A DNA stretch of 64,000 nt, taken from contig OX597824.1 of assembly GCA_951406725.2 (NCBI GenBank), forward strand, positions 82,956,001 to 83,020,000, read 5' to 3'. Position 1 is the first letter of the stretch; every line of letters starts with the position of its first letter. The notes beneath the pieces are model-generated. The model saw only the letters and a program-made list of their open reading frames with translations. It did not search any database and had not been told where the DNA came from. Shown in pieces: positions 13,731-28,459 of this stretch. The DNA is from Octopus vulgaris (lineage: Eukaryota). Made by a program: the position numbers and the translations under genes.

Positions 13731-13968
13731 ATATATATGTATCTGTATGTGTGTGTGTGTTTGTGTGTCTGTGTTTGTCCCCCTAGCATTGCTTGACAAC
13801 CGATGCTGGTGTGTTTACGTCCCTGTCACTTAGCGGTTCGGCAAAAGAGACCGATAGAATAAGTACTGGGCTTACAAAGAATAAGTCCTGGGGTCGATTT
13901 GCTCGACTAAAGGCGGTGCTCCAGCATGGCCGCAGTCAAATGACTGAAACAAGTAAAAGAGTAAAAGA

Positions 13969-14018
<50 letters not shown>

Positions 14019-14416
14019 GACCTTGAAGACTGCTATAATGCAAAAAAGTATACTAGTCCCTTAATATTTTATATTCAATATTTCATCTATTCAATAAAAC
14101 AGTCAATACTTCATTTCATTTTACTATATATATATTATTTATACTATATATTCTATATTCTTCATTAATATTATAAAGAATATAAATAAAACATAAAAAA
14201 CGGAGTTGGAATTTCTTTGAATAATATATATATATATATATATATATATTCTTTTGTCTTGCATTTTACCGAGGGAACAGTACGACTGATCGTCACGAGT
14301 CAGCTAATGTTGCATATATATAGCTGCTCTATTTAGGTAAAATCAACAAAAAAAGTACTCCATCTAGCGAGAGATAAATATCATTTAATGTTCACAGTAT
14401 ATGGATTTGAGATACT

Positions 14417-14550
14417 AATAGTTTCATGCTGTGAAGACACGTGTTTAGGCAGCTTTTTATAACACGTCTCGTGTCTCCGAACATGCTTGGAGACACGAGG
14501 CGTGTTATAAAAAGCTGCCTAGATGCGTGTCTTCACAGCATGAAACTATT
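14417..14550. repeat. Near-perfect inverted repeat (~63-bp arms)
   Basis: AATAGTTTCATGCTGTGAAGACACG...CGTGTCTTCACAGCATGAAACTATT; the outer ends carry GAAA-stem-TA hammerhead 3' halves. Confidence 0.9.
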
Positions 14551-14584
14551 TGTAGCTCGTATCTTTATACTGCGTACATTATAT

Positions 14585-14696
<112 letters not shown>

Positions 14697-14697
14697 T

Positions 14698-14813
<116 letters not shown>

Positions 14814-14880
14814 TAGGATTAAAACACTTGATGACTATCAGAAATCCAAGAGAGGTTTATACTTTAAAAAAAACAACAAC

Positions 14881-15012
<132 letters not shown>

Positions 15013-15042
15013 AATAATAATAATATTAATAATAATAATAAT

Positions 15043-15600
15043 AAATGCCCTGATGCAGTACCAGGCAGTGGCTCTCATGGCTTCTGATCTTAACTGATTG
15101 GAAGTGTTATCATGTACATTGTTTTGTCTTGGTATAAAAGATGGGCTACAGCAAATATTCTGCTCAATACCACAGATTTGCTTGTCAGTTGTTTGACCTT
15201 AACCAGTTGAGCATGTCCCTTAGTGGCTGACGATATGTGCATCTCTGATCACGAGCAGAAGTAGTGGGGGAGCATCATAGCCATGTGTTGAGAGGGATTC
15301 TTTGGGGTTTGAATAGTTCACCTCTGGAAACATGGGTGGTTCTTTCAACATCCTTAAACAACCCTTATTCAGGGACTGTTTGAGCGGGATGGGCTACTCA
15401 ACCTGAAAAAAATTCTAACTGGGCCCCACCTGCAAGGTCATGTGCTGTTTATCTTGATATGAGATCACCATGTCGCGCACATATGGTTGTGATGCATGTG
15501 CCTGGTGTACCTTTATCAGACGGGTAGTCATGATGGGTATATTGGGCTTCGTATATTTTACCCCAGTGTCACTTTGATGGCATGAACTGCTCTCTCACTC
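15043..15600 (+). mobile_element. ~558-bp non-coding retroelement flanked by (AAT)n
   Basis: Fixed ends AAATGCCCTGATGCAG...CTCTCTCACTC|(AAT)n; further copies at 18.5, 32.8, 33.4, 35.3, 35.7 and 37.2 kb. Confidence 0.85.
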
Positions 15601-16351
15601 AATAATAATAATAATAATTATTATTATTATTATTTCACATATTTAAACATTCAAATAAATTAGAACATTTCTCAATTTTGCATCACACACACACACACAC
15701 ACAGACACACACACATACACACACACACACACAAACACACAAACACACATATGATGAGCTTCTGCATAGCTTCCGCCTCCCTAATTCACTCACAAGGCAT
15801 TGTTCAGTGCGGAGCTGTAGCAAATGACACTTACCCTAGGTGCCGCGCAGTGGGACTGAAACCGAAACCGAAACCGCACGGCCGCAAAGCCTGCTACAGA
15901 ACTACCGCAGCCATTCCTATGTACATAGAAAAGTTGTAGTCCTTGATACATAATACGTGAAAACAACGAACGGCATTGTTATTATATTGAATACCTTTGA
16001 TCGTTGGTCGGCGGAATCAAAGCATCGACGAAAACAACAACAGCGGCAGCAGCAGCAGTAGCAGCAACAACAACAAGACATTAGAAAGTTCTGGAATGTT
16101 TGTGACTATTGAGAGGTGTGGGGGGATTTGATGTTCAGAAAAACACTCATTGTTTATTTGTTGTTTCGTACACCTGGACTTCCTATAAATGAAGAATTTG
16201 AAAAAATATGGAAACGGAAGGGTGTGTGTGTGTGTGTGTGTTGAGGGGTACGTGTGTGAGTACGTGGGGGTAGTGTTATTATTATTATTACTATTATTAT
16301 TATTATTATTGTTGTTGTTGTTGTTGTTGTTGTTATCATCATCACCATCAC

Positions 16352-16451
<100 letters not shown>

Positions 16452-16462
16452 GTTATTATTAT

Positions 16463-17975
16463 TCAGTAGTCTTATTTTTACCACATGCTTTCACTGCACT
16501 ACCGAGCGCAGCTCTGTGTGCCTTGGGTATGTGCTGTGGTTTGTTGTGATGCTCTTGCAGTTACTGTATTGAAAGTGTTTTACGTAGGATGTGTGCAGTG
16601 CCTAGTAATGCTATTTTCTGTATGTTATATATATTTGTTAGTCTTGGTGTTTCTTTTATAGATTTGTCTGAATATTTTTTATCATACCTAATGCGTCTAC
16701 TATGATAGGAAGTGTTTCTGTTTTTAGGCCCCACATTCAAGTTACCTCTATTTCGAGATTTTGTTTTTTGAAAGTTTCTCTGTTTCTTTTCGAGAAACAT
16801 TGTCATCTGTTGGTATTGATACATTGATTAGAAAGCATTTATTCTTGGTGATCTCTGACAGCTATATCTGGCTTATTGACCTTAATTTCTCTATCTGTGT
16901 GTATCGGCATATCCCATAGTATTGTTGTTTTCTTATTTTCTGTGATCTTTTCTGGCGTGTGCCTATACCATCTTTTTTCTGCTGTTATTCCATAGTGTTG
17001 GCATAGCTTTCAGTGTATGTAGGTTCCAACTCTGTCGTGTCTGTGAACATATTCCTTCTTAGCCAGGACTGGGCAGCCAGAGACAATATGATTTATTGTT
17101 TCTTGACCATCTCCCCATATTCTGCAGTTACTCGTTATATTTCTTTTCATAATACGTTTTTGGTAATTTCTGGTAGGGAGGCGTTGGTCTTGTGCTGCAA
17201 TTGAAAATCCTTCAGTCTCTGCTTTGAGTCTTGAGCTTCTCAGCCATTGTTGAGATTTTGCTTTGCCTATTTCTTTTGCGTTTAGTTTAACCCAGTATTT
17301 ACCATGAAGGGGCTTTTCTTGCCATTGTTTTATCATGATTCATTGCTATTGTAGTTTTAGTTTGAATTTCATTTGTTTTACAGCTTTTGTTGATTCTTCT
17401 TTTTCTTCATGGTTGTTAGGTGGTTGGCAGAAATGTTAGCACGCCGGGCGAAGTGCTTAGTGGTATTTCGTCTGTCTTTACGTTCTGAGTTCAAATTCCG
17501 CTGAGGTCGACTTTGCCTTCCATCCTTTCGGGGTCGATAAATTAAGTACCAGTTACGCACTGGGGTCGATGTAATCGGCTTAATCCGTTTGTCTGTCCTT
17601 GTTTGTCCCCACTGTGTTTAGCCCTTTGTGGGTCGTAAAGAAATAGGTATGACTTCTTGTTTGTATTTGTCAGCGTCATTAAAAACTGAAAACAGTTTTT
17701 GTTTTGTTCGTGTTTTGTGGCTATTTGTATTAGTTTTTCTTGCTTCTGATGTAAGTATTTTTGTAGTCCTATTGTGGTTATTTTGTAATTGCTTTCTAGC
17801 TGCATAAGGCCTCTACCACCTTCTATACGTTGTATATATAACCTTTCTATGTCAGAATTTGGGTGGTGCATTCTAAATCCTGTCATTATTTTTCTTGTTT
17901 TCCTATCTTGATGTGTCCAGTTAAGGAGATTGTAGCTGTAACTTATAACTGGGACGGCTAAACTGTTGATACCTA
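16463..17975 (-). mobile_element. 5'-truncated, decayed R4/Dong-type (RLE) non-LTR retrotransposon
   Basis: Peptides KPLHGKY, ETEGFSIAAQDQ, CRI..ETINHIVSGC (CCHC knuckle), RHDRV and IQKIALLGTAHILRKTL; 3' UTR runs into (AAT)n; interrupted by a Meta-SINE at ~17420-17650. Confidence 0.85.
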
Positions 17976-17984
17976 TTCATGCAT

Positions 17985-18310
17985 ATTGGCCAATATATGG
18001 GCACAAAAACTAAAAAAATATTCAAAAACGCAAATATAAACTGCAAAAGCAGAAATTTAATTTACTGCATCAAATGCCCGAATTGCGAAGAACTATATGT
18101 GGGGCAGACTGGAAACGCACTTCAGAACGTTCACGTGTGCACCGATAGCGAATTAGAGACCCAGATATCTGTCAGATACCTATGAGTAACCATCTAGCAA
18201 CATGTGGTTGGAAAATATTTATATTTCCATTACACAAAATACAGTACAAGGGGAACCGAGAGAAAAATCAGAGAAAAAGAACTTTATTAATAAATTCCGA
18301 CCCAAGATAA
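17985..18310 (+). pseudogene. Penelope-like element GIY-YIG endonuclease fragment
   Basis: NCKSRNLIYCIKCPNCEELYVGQTG; after frameshifts, FINKFRP at the end. Confidence 0.8.
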
Positions 18311-18341
18311 TTGAACAATAATAATAATAATAATAATAATG

Positions 18342-18414
<73 letters not shown>

Positions 18415-18418
18415 TAAC

Positions 18419-18478
<60 letters not shown>

Positions 18479-18523
18479 AATAATAATAGTGTCACTTTGA
18501 TGGCATGCTCTGCTCGCTCGCTC

Positions 18524-18607
<84 letters not shown>

Positions 18608-18804
18608 TAATAATACTTAGAGGTACTATTTCTGCTGCTACGACCACTACCACTAACAGCAACAACAACAACAACAATACTAAAGGTTCTCATGATGACG
18701 ATAGCAGGAAAATACTAGCTAAGTCAAGAGAAAAGTCAGTAAAAACAATCTTATTTAGGGTTTAAAGTTCTCTTACCACAGCTATTCCTACCACCACCAC
18801 CACC

Positions 18805-18858
<54 letters not shown>

Positions 18859-19270
18859 ACAACAACAATAATAAAGGTGATGGTAATGGTGATGATGATA
18901 ATTGAAATGTAAAAGTCCCTGGGACTTTTAGAAATGTTGCTTACAACATTTCTAAAAATAGTCAAACAATTACTGCTTTGACCGGGGTCAAAATACAAGT
19001 CTATTGACATGTTCAACAAACCGTGACGCCTAAACCAAGCACCAATCAAGTAATTTAGTAAAGCCACATATTGATTAGTCAGAATACAGTTTGCAAAATT
19101 TAACCTTCTGGAGACTATACAAATGTATTTAAGGCACACATTTTAGCCATCTCACCACTGTTGTAAATTGTAAAACATACCTGTCACCACTTCTACATGA
19201 ACCTAAAGATTGCATAGTTCAATGCTTGAAAGTACTAGTTCAATCAGAATGGACATTTAATATTCTATCA

Positions 19271-20080
19271 TCTCTATATATATAAACGGCAGTTTGTCTG
19301 TCTGTGTGTCTGTGTGTCTGTGAGGTTGTACCCTCACCCTGACCACGGCTTTCAACCGATTCTGATGAAACTTGACACACACATAGCCCAATGTCATAAT
19401 TCAAAACTAACGCAGCGAAAATTTTGAATAGTTACCCCAGTTCTGAAAAAAAAAAATCGATAAATTCGACATGGGTCGAGAATCTAAGCTTTTTATATGC
19501 AACACATTTTCTACAGACTGTCTAGGGGATGCAACTCGAGCTTTTTAACTCTCGGAAGACGTTGGGTAAGTATCCCAAAATGTATAAAAGTGTACAAAAA
19601 CGGCAAAAAAGCGGGCAGCAATGTGAGTGACAACAATGAAAGAGTCAAAAGTGACCAAACTGAACAAACGAATGGAAAAGGTTTTTTGATGCACACGACA
19701 AAAGCGGTTTATAATAAACCAAGAGTTTGCAAGTAGCGCCCGAGGACCCTTAGGGTACATCAAAAATTTAAGGTAAAACGTTTGGGGTGGTAGTTATAAA
19801 GGAAGTTTAAACAAAAAAAGTATTCGAATAACTTGCGGCTGCAGCAGCTATTAGCAGAAGTGGCGGTGTTGGGGGAAAAGTCTCGAATGTAATTTCTTCC
19901 TGGTAGGAATTGGTTGGGTTGAATTATCGATAGCTGTTTGATAGTTATTTGGGAGTGAAGAGAAGACATTGCAACCTACACATGCGCCTTCGTTCCCTAG
20001 AGGGAAAGGACTAGATTGGGATTAGTCATTGCCTACTAGGGGCTCTTACATACCCGGGCAACGCCAGGCTATGCTGCTAG
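19271..20080 (+). mobile_element. Non-autonomous Helitron
   Basis: A|TC start, CTAG|T end, GC-rich subterminal hairpin CCCGGGCAACGCCAGG, no TSD; termini shared with 58805-59200. Confidence 0.85.
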
Positions 20081-20226
20081 TTTCATTATATTATATTATA
20101 TTATATTACATTATATTATATCATATTATATTATATTAGTATAAGATTGTAAATAAAACGTGAAAATCAATGTTGGAATTTCTTTGAGTAATATATTCTT
20201 CCACACACAATCATTCACATCTGTGC

Positions 20227-20353
<127 letters not shown>

Positions 20354-20458
20354 CCTTGGGCAAGTGTTCCAAGTGTCTTCTACTATAGCCTCGGGCCGAC
20401 CAAAGCCTTGTGAATGAATTTGGTAGACGGAAACTGAAAGAAACCCGTCGTATATACT

Positions 20459-20529
<71 letters not shown>

Positions 20530-20694
20530 ATGTGTGTGTGTGTGTTGTGTATGTATGTGTGTGTATACGTTTTTGTGTCTGTGTTTGTCCCCACCAACAT
20601 CGCTTGACAACCGATGCTGGTGTGCTTACGTCCTTCAATATCAACTGATGATAGATCAACATACTTTTTGAGACAGTTGTGCAAGAGTGGCTTA

Positions 20695-21110
20695 TAGGTG
20701 CAAGAATGGCAGTGTGGTGAGTAACTTGCTTGCCAACCCCATGGTTTCGGGTTCAGTCCCGGTACACACACCTTGGACAAGTGTCTTCTACTATAGCCTC
20801 GGGCCGACCAAATCCTTGTGAGTGGATTTGGTAGACGGAAACTGAAAGAAGCCCGTCGTATATATGTATATATATATATGCATATGTATGTGTGTGTACG
20901 TGTTTGTGTGACTGTGTTATGTCTCCCCAACATCGCTTGACAACCGATGCTGGTGAGCTTACGTCCCCGTAACTTGGCGGTTCGGCAAAAGAGACCGATA
21001 GAATAAATACTAGGCTTACAAAGAATAACTCCTGGGATCGACTTGCTCGACTAGAGGCGGTGCTCCAGCATAGCCACAGTCAAATGACTGAAACAAGTAA
21101 AAGAATAAAT
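20695..21110 (+). mobile_element. Full-length CORE-type SINE
   Basis: Head, CCTTGGACAAGTG, internal microsatellite and tail all present. Confidence 0.85.
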
Positions 21111-21649
21111 ATGAACAGCATATTCAATGACAACAAAGACCTTTTTCGAGGCTGGCTTTCACACAGCTAAACATGTTCTTGCTTTTTCACTGTACGCCCC
21201 ACTAAAATTTGTGTTGTCGATGTCTCCACAAAATCCGACGACTTTTTCTCGTCCACTTGTGATTATCAATAACTGAGAATAAGACATTGATCAAGATGTC
21301 AGCCATTTCTCCTAGAACAGTGTGCATATTCAAAAATTTGATTTGTATACCGCGACCAGGAATGTTACATCGGTTTCAAAATTTGGAACAGAGCCATTAA
21401 TTTCAAGCAAGGGTGGAGTGGTAAGTCGATTACATCGACGCGAATGTTTTACTGGTGCTTATTTTATCGACTCCGAAAGGATGAAACGCAAAGATGACCT
21501 CGGTGGAATTTGAACTTAGAACGTAAAGACAGGCAAAATGCCATTAAGCGTTTTATCTTGTGTGCTAACGATTCTGCCAACTCGCCTCCTTGTCCAGGAA
21601 TGTAATATCTTTTCTACACTAGGCACAAGGCCCAAAGTTTTGGGGGAGG

Positions 21650-22005
21650 GAGCCAGTCACTTAGATCGACCCCAGTACGAAACTGGTACTTAATTTATCG
21701 ACCCCGAAAGGATGAAAGGCAAAGTCGACCTCGGCGGAATTTGAACTCAGAACGTAAAAACAGACGAAATACCTATATCTTTACTACTCACAAGGGGCTA
21801 AACACAGAGAGGACAAACAAGGACAGACAAACGGATTAAGTCGATTACATCGACCCCAGTGCGTAACTGGTACTTAATTTATCGACCCCGAAAGGATGAA
21901 AGGCAAAGTCGACCTCAGCGGAATTTGAACTCAGAACGCAAAGACAGACGAAATACTATTAAGCATTTCGCCCGGTGTGCTTAAGTTTCTGCCAGCTCGC
22001 AGCCT
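21650..22005 (-). mobile_element. Meta-SINE with duplicated body
   Basis: Two consecutive Meta-domain units on the minus strand. Confidence 0.8.
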
Positions 22006-22499
22006 TGTCCAGGAATGTAATATCGAATAATGAAAAGTATTATTTGATCATCTTTTTGATTTGAAGCATCCATAGGAATCGGCACAAATTATTCCCCCGC
22101 TAGGTCTAGAGCGAGGTCACATTCAGCCATTGGTGCAAAATTTTGGCTTCACATTTTGTCCTCACTAGACTCAAAACGTTTTATGACCAAATGTGACAAA
22201 CAATCACATCTCTAGAAATCCAATTTATGAGAAACGGCATGAAAAGCAAAAGTGACTTCGAGAAGTGCAATTAAATTATTTCTGACATCTTCAAGAAAAA
22301 AAAGGAAAACACTTTTCTAATCGTGACGAACCAGCAACAAAAGTCACTTTTTGCCTTTGAGATTTCAATTTTTTTTATCCGACCTGCTTCCATGCGACAT
22401 AGGAAACTCAAAATAAATAGAAAAAAAAAGAGATCAACATTTTAAGGTAAATAGGTGCAAACTATTACAGTAAATTAATGCATGAAATACGTAATAGGT

Positions 22500-23310
<811 letters not shown>

Positions 23311-23497
23311 ATAAAATGCATCAACAGAAATTTATTTAGTCTTTTTTTTTAAATATAAAATATATTTAAACCGTACATATTTTAAACATTTATTTATTCG
23401 ACCCTACTTTCAAAAAATAATAAAAAGAACAATATAAATAAGAACGATGAAACGATTTATTACACACGCACACACATGCACGCCCACACATACACGC

Positions 23498-23600
<103 letters not shown>

Positions 23601-23607
23601 AAATATA

Positions 23608-23670
<63 letters not shown>

Positions 23671-23695
23671 GCACACACATATACACTCATATATA

Positions 23696-23836
23696 CAGGG
23701 TGAGCCAAAAGTCACGCACAAAATAAGTTCAATACGCTACGGAATTATCAAAGACATGCTTCAGTTTTTCTAAGATTGAATAAAATAAAACAGATAAAAT
23801 AATGAATACACGTGTACTTGTGCATGATGAACGACA

Positions 23837-23913
<77 letters not shown>

Positions 23914-23932
23914 GATGATGATGATGATGATG

Positions 23933-24013
<81 letters not shown>

Positions 24014-24058
24014 TAAATAAAATGTCAACTGTTTTGGCATGTGACTTTTGGTTCATTC

Positions 24059-24060
<2 letters not shown>
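23696..24060. mobile_element. Diverged mariner-like MITE containing an (AAT)n expansion
   Basis: CAGGGTGAGCCAAAAGTCAC / GTGACTTTTGGTTCATTCGG with TA flanks. Confidence 0.55.
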
Positions 24061-24107
<47 letters not shown>

Positions 24108-24108
<1 letters not shown>

Positions 24109-24375
24109 CGTCCTGTTTTTGTCACTTGTTTTACCCCTCTGCAAAAGAATTTTATTTAATTCCTTTTGCAGGAAGGACTGCTTCGACTGGGTTCTGTCCT
24201 TACCTTCGAAACACACTTTGAGTCGAACCAGTGACAGCTGATGAAGGGGAATTTTCCTTGTATTGTTTGTCCTGTATTCTGTTTTTTCGTTGTTTAAAAA
24301 ATGTCCGTTTCCTTGTTTGATTTTATGTTCTCGTCTCTCGTTGTGTTCTACGTTTATTTGTGGTGTCCTGTACTC
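24108..24375 (+). mobile_element. AT-flanked repeat with GAAA...CTGATGA motif (Penelope-like terminal repeat)
   Basis: Diverged inverted homolog at 30230-30560. Confidence 0.6.
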
Positions 24376-24819
24376 ACACACACATATATATATGTATGCA
24401 TGTATATATACATGTAGATGTAAGTATGTACATATATGTATGTATATATGCATATATTTTATTTATTTATTATATTACTATATGACCGAACGCACGCGTT
24501 ATTTCTCTACTTCTCTTCTCCAAGTTTTTATTTATATATATATATATACGTTTAAATATATGTGCATATATTATATATACATATATATATATATATATAT
24601 ACGAATATAAACAAGAAGGGTAGTAATATTATTTACTACCAGGTGCCCAGCACAAAAGACGAATTAGTCATAAGACAAAAATATTATTCATATAGAAAAA
24701 TATTATTCATGTAGTTATACAATTAAGGGCTCCTAAATTAAGATGCCGAGTGCTGGGAACACAAAAAGGGGATAAATTTATCGAGAGTGAAAATCAAAAA
24801 CGTTTACCGATAACTTTAA

Positions 24820-24899
24820 CAACTCGAACCGCACGGTTTCTGCTTCTTTCTAGCAAAACACAGAATATGTTTGCTAAGGCTGGCTTCGTCAGCGAGTCG
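24820..24899 (-). ncRNA. Type I hammerhead motif, unit 1
   Basis: CGACTCG-CTGACGA-(long stem II with TAGCAAA/TTTGCTA)-GAAA-CCGTGCGG-TT-CGAGTTG; 7-bp stem I; GUU site. Confidence 0.75.
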
Positions 24900-25275
24900 C
24901 CTAAATTGAATCGAGGTCTGTAGCGATGTGGGACCATGTGTTGATCTCGACTACTAGCAGATCTTAACTTTTCAAATCTCTGCGCAGACGCAAAACTTAC
25001 ACGGCAGTATAGGGCATGCCGGGAAGAATTTTACGAATAAATCCATCATGTAATATGCGAATATAAACAAGAAGGGTAGTAATATTATTTACTACCAGGT
25101 GCCCAGCACAAAAGACGAATTAGTCATAAGACAAAAATATTATTCATATAGAAAAATATTATTCATGTAGTTATACAATTAAGGGCTCCTAAATTATGAT
25201 GCCGGGTGCTGGGAACACAAAAAGGGGATAAATTTATCGAGAGTGAAAATCAAAAACGTTTACCGATAACTTTAA

Positions 25276-25355
25276 CAACTCGAACCGCACGGTTTCTGCT
25301 TCTTTCTAGCAAAACACAGAATATGTTTGCTAAGGGTGGCTTCGTCAGCGAGTCG
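25276..25355 (-). ncRNA. Type I hammerhead motif, unit 2
   Basis: Same as 24820-24899, 456 nt away. Confidence 0.75.
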
Positions 25356-25958
25356 CCTAAATTGAATCGAGGTCTGCAGCGATGTGGGACCATGTGTTGA
25401 TCTCGACTACTAGCAGATCTTAACTTTTCAAATCTCTGCGCAGACGCAAAACTTACACGGCAGTATAGGGCATGCCGGGAAGAATTTTACGAATAAATCC
25501 ATCATGTAATATGCGAATATAAACAAGAAGGGTAGTAATATTATTTACTACCAGGTGCCCAGTTAAAGTTATCGGTAAACGTTTTTGATTTTCACTCTCG
25601 ATAAATTCATCCCCTTTTTGTGTTCCCAGCACTCGGCATCTTAATTTAGGAGCCCTTAATTGTATAACTACATGAATAATATTTTTCTATATGAATAATA
25701 TTTTTGTCTTATGACCAATTCGTCTTTTGTGCTGGGCACCTGGTAGTAAATAATATTACTACCCTTCTTGTTTATATTCGCATATTACATGATGGATTTA
25801 TTCGTAAAATTCTTCCCGGCATGCCCTATACTGCCGTGTAAGTTTTGCGTCTGCGCAAAGTTAAGATCTGCTAGCAGTCGAGATCAACACATGGTCCCAC
25901 ATCGCTGCAGACCTCGATTCAATTTAGGCGACTCGCTGACGAAGCCAGCCTTAGCAAA

Positions 25959-26016
<58 letters not shown>

Positions 26017-26356
26017 TGTGTGTGTGTGTGTGTATGTTTATATCAACGTATCTATGTATCTGTGTATCATATATGAATGTATGCATCTATTTATAACAAT
26101 GGAACGCCTTATTGAGACAACGGAACGTCCACATTGCTCTCCTCTGAATCAACAACGTGAATTACACATCGTCGGTGAGTTTTAAAGATCTTTTGAACTG
26201 GTTCTTTTATAATGAAATCTTTCTAAATAATATTAAGACACGGAGAAAGATGAATAAGTGGATCTTCCGACTGAATATTTCAGAATAAATACTGAAGTAT
26301 TCCAGAAGGTCTCCTCGGTATCCCCTGCTTGAATTACAAAAGGAAAAAACAACATA

Positions 26357-26700
26357 CTCTTACTCTTTACTCTTTTACTTGTTTCAGTCATTTGACTGCG
26401 GCCATGCTGGAGCACCACCTTTAATCGAGCAACTCGACCCCGGGACTTATTCTTTTGTAAGCCCAGTACTTATTCTATCGGTCTCTTTTGCCGAACCGCC
26501 AAGTTACGGGGACATAAACACACCAGCATCGGTTATCAAGCAATGCTAGGGGGACCAACACAGACACACAAACACACACACATGCATATATATATATATA
26601 CATACATACGACGGGGTTCTTTCAGTTTCCGTCTACCAAATCCACTCACAAGGCTTTGGTCGGCCCGAGGCTATAGTAGAAGACACTTGCCCAAGGTGCC
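26357..26700 (-). mobile_element. CORE-type SINE copy
   Basis: Reverse complement of the 3440 family. Confidence 0.85.
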
Positions 26701-27319
26701 ATATTCATGGTTTGTAGAATTTTCCATATTATCTATATTTAAAAAATAAAAATTTAGAGGTTATTATTTTCACTATATATCCCGGGGTCGATTTGCTCGA
26801 CTAAAGGCGGTGCTCCAGCATGGCCGCAGTCAAATGACTGAAACAAGTAAAAGAGTAAAAAAGAGTATATATATATAATTATAAATATCGATTTATTTCT
26901 CTCTTTCAATATATATGAAGTTTACAGAGCTTCAATAAAGCTCTGTACACAGCTTCAATTGTTGCTTTTTTCGCTTTATATTTCTACGCTTTTCAGACAC
27001 GTGCTTTCGATTGTCTAACCCCACATGAGATTTTTTGTTCGTATGTTTCTTTTTTACCTCAAAATATATATTTGTTATTTGTGTGATTTACGTACGCCAG
27101 CGCACATACGCATAGATATGTATGTACTTACGTGTAAACACAAATAGCTCCGGCTTGGTTACGCATAAGAATTTTAAAGATGTCTACTAGTGTCTATAAA
27201 AACAGTGTCATTCCTTCAATATACTGAACCTAAATGTAATGAAATTATTAGTCTTGAAAGCTGCCATTTAGCTGATTTGTGTAGAAGTGATATTAAAAAA
27301 AAATTTTAATGCGCCCTTT

Positions 27320-27542
27320 TAAAGCCTAGCCTGGCTCATGGGCCCGGTTTTCCGGTTTCTATGGCGTATGTGTTCCCCAGCTGGACGGGACGCCAGTCCA
27401 TCACAGCGTTACTCATTTTTGCTGGAACAACGTGAAATGAAGTGTTTTGCTCAAGAACACAATGCGTCGCCCGGTCCAGGAATCGAAACCACAATCTTAC
27501 GATCATGATGCTGACACTCTAACCACCAAGCCACGCGCCTCC
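27320..27542 (-). mobile_element. tRNA-derived SINE with V-domain-like segment
   Basis: tRNA-like head plus GATGGACTGGCGTCCCGTCCAG, resembling the V-SINE domain; relative at 57027-57310. Confidence 0.65.
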
Positions 27543-28459
27543 ACCAGAAGCTATATTAATACTAGTAAAATTATTTCAAATTTTTGCACGAGGCCAGCAA
27601 TTTTTTAGTGGTAGAGGATAAGTCGAGTACATGAACCCCAGTACTTAACTGGTACTTATTTTATCATTTCCGAGAGAATGAAAGGCAATGTTGACCCCGA
27701 TGGAATTTGACCTCGAACAGCGTGTAAGAAGAAATATATATTTCTTTACTACCCACAAGGAGCTAAACACAGAGAGGACAAACAAGGACATACAAACGGA
27801 TTAAGTCGATTATATCGACTCCAGTGCGTAAATGGTACTTATTTAATAGACCCCAAAAAGATGAAAGGCAAACTCGACCTCGGCGGAATTTGAACTCAGA
27901 ATGTAGCGGCAGACGAAATACTACCAAGCATTTCGCCCGGTGTGCTAACGATTCTGCCATAACGTTTGTCCGACGTTATTATGATTTTGCCAGCTCACCA
28001 TTTTTTGTTTTTTTTTTAACGCTAGTAAAATGACCTCCGAAGTAAGAATGCACCGTACGAAGTGTTCAGTCAAGTGTGATAGAATGCACCGTACGAAGTG
28101 TTCAGTCAACATAATCAGCGTCAAATTGGAGGACAAGTTTCTTAGAGATATAGATGTTTATTATTATATGTATCAAATTAATATGAATATTGTGTAAAAT
28201 ACTTGAAAGGGCTAAAAAGTGTTTTAGCAAAACACTGTAAGGCTTCGTCCGGAAGAATTAGATAAATGTTTCGCTGGTAGTATATTGAGAAAGCTATGAG
28301 ATCTGAATTAATGAGAAATAAATTAATATAAAGAAATGTGAAGTGTCTTATGCTGTAATCCCCAGGCTCACCAATGCCTTGTAAATGAATTTGATAAGCA
28401 GAAATTATATGGAAGCGAGTCGTGTGTGTATGTAAGTATGTACATATATATATATATAC

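Larger units (their letters stand above)
24602..25960 (-). mobile_element. Tandem 456-nt hammerhead-bearing unit (2.1 copies) plus inverted segment, between (AT)n tracts
   Basis: Unit starts at 24602, 25058 and 25514; inverted copy at 25562-25960; no coding capacity. Architecture matches Penelope pseudo-LTRs or non-LTR retrozymes. Confidence 0.85.

Noticed and set aside
28045-28110. Short direct duplication (also at 1697-1743)
   Set aside because: Ordinary local slippage with no further structure.
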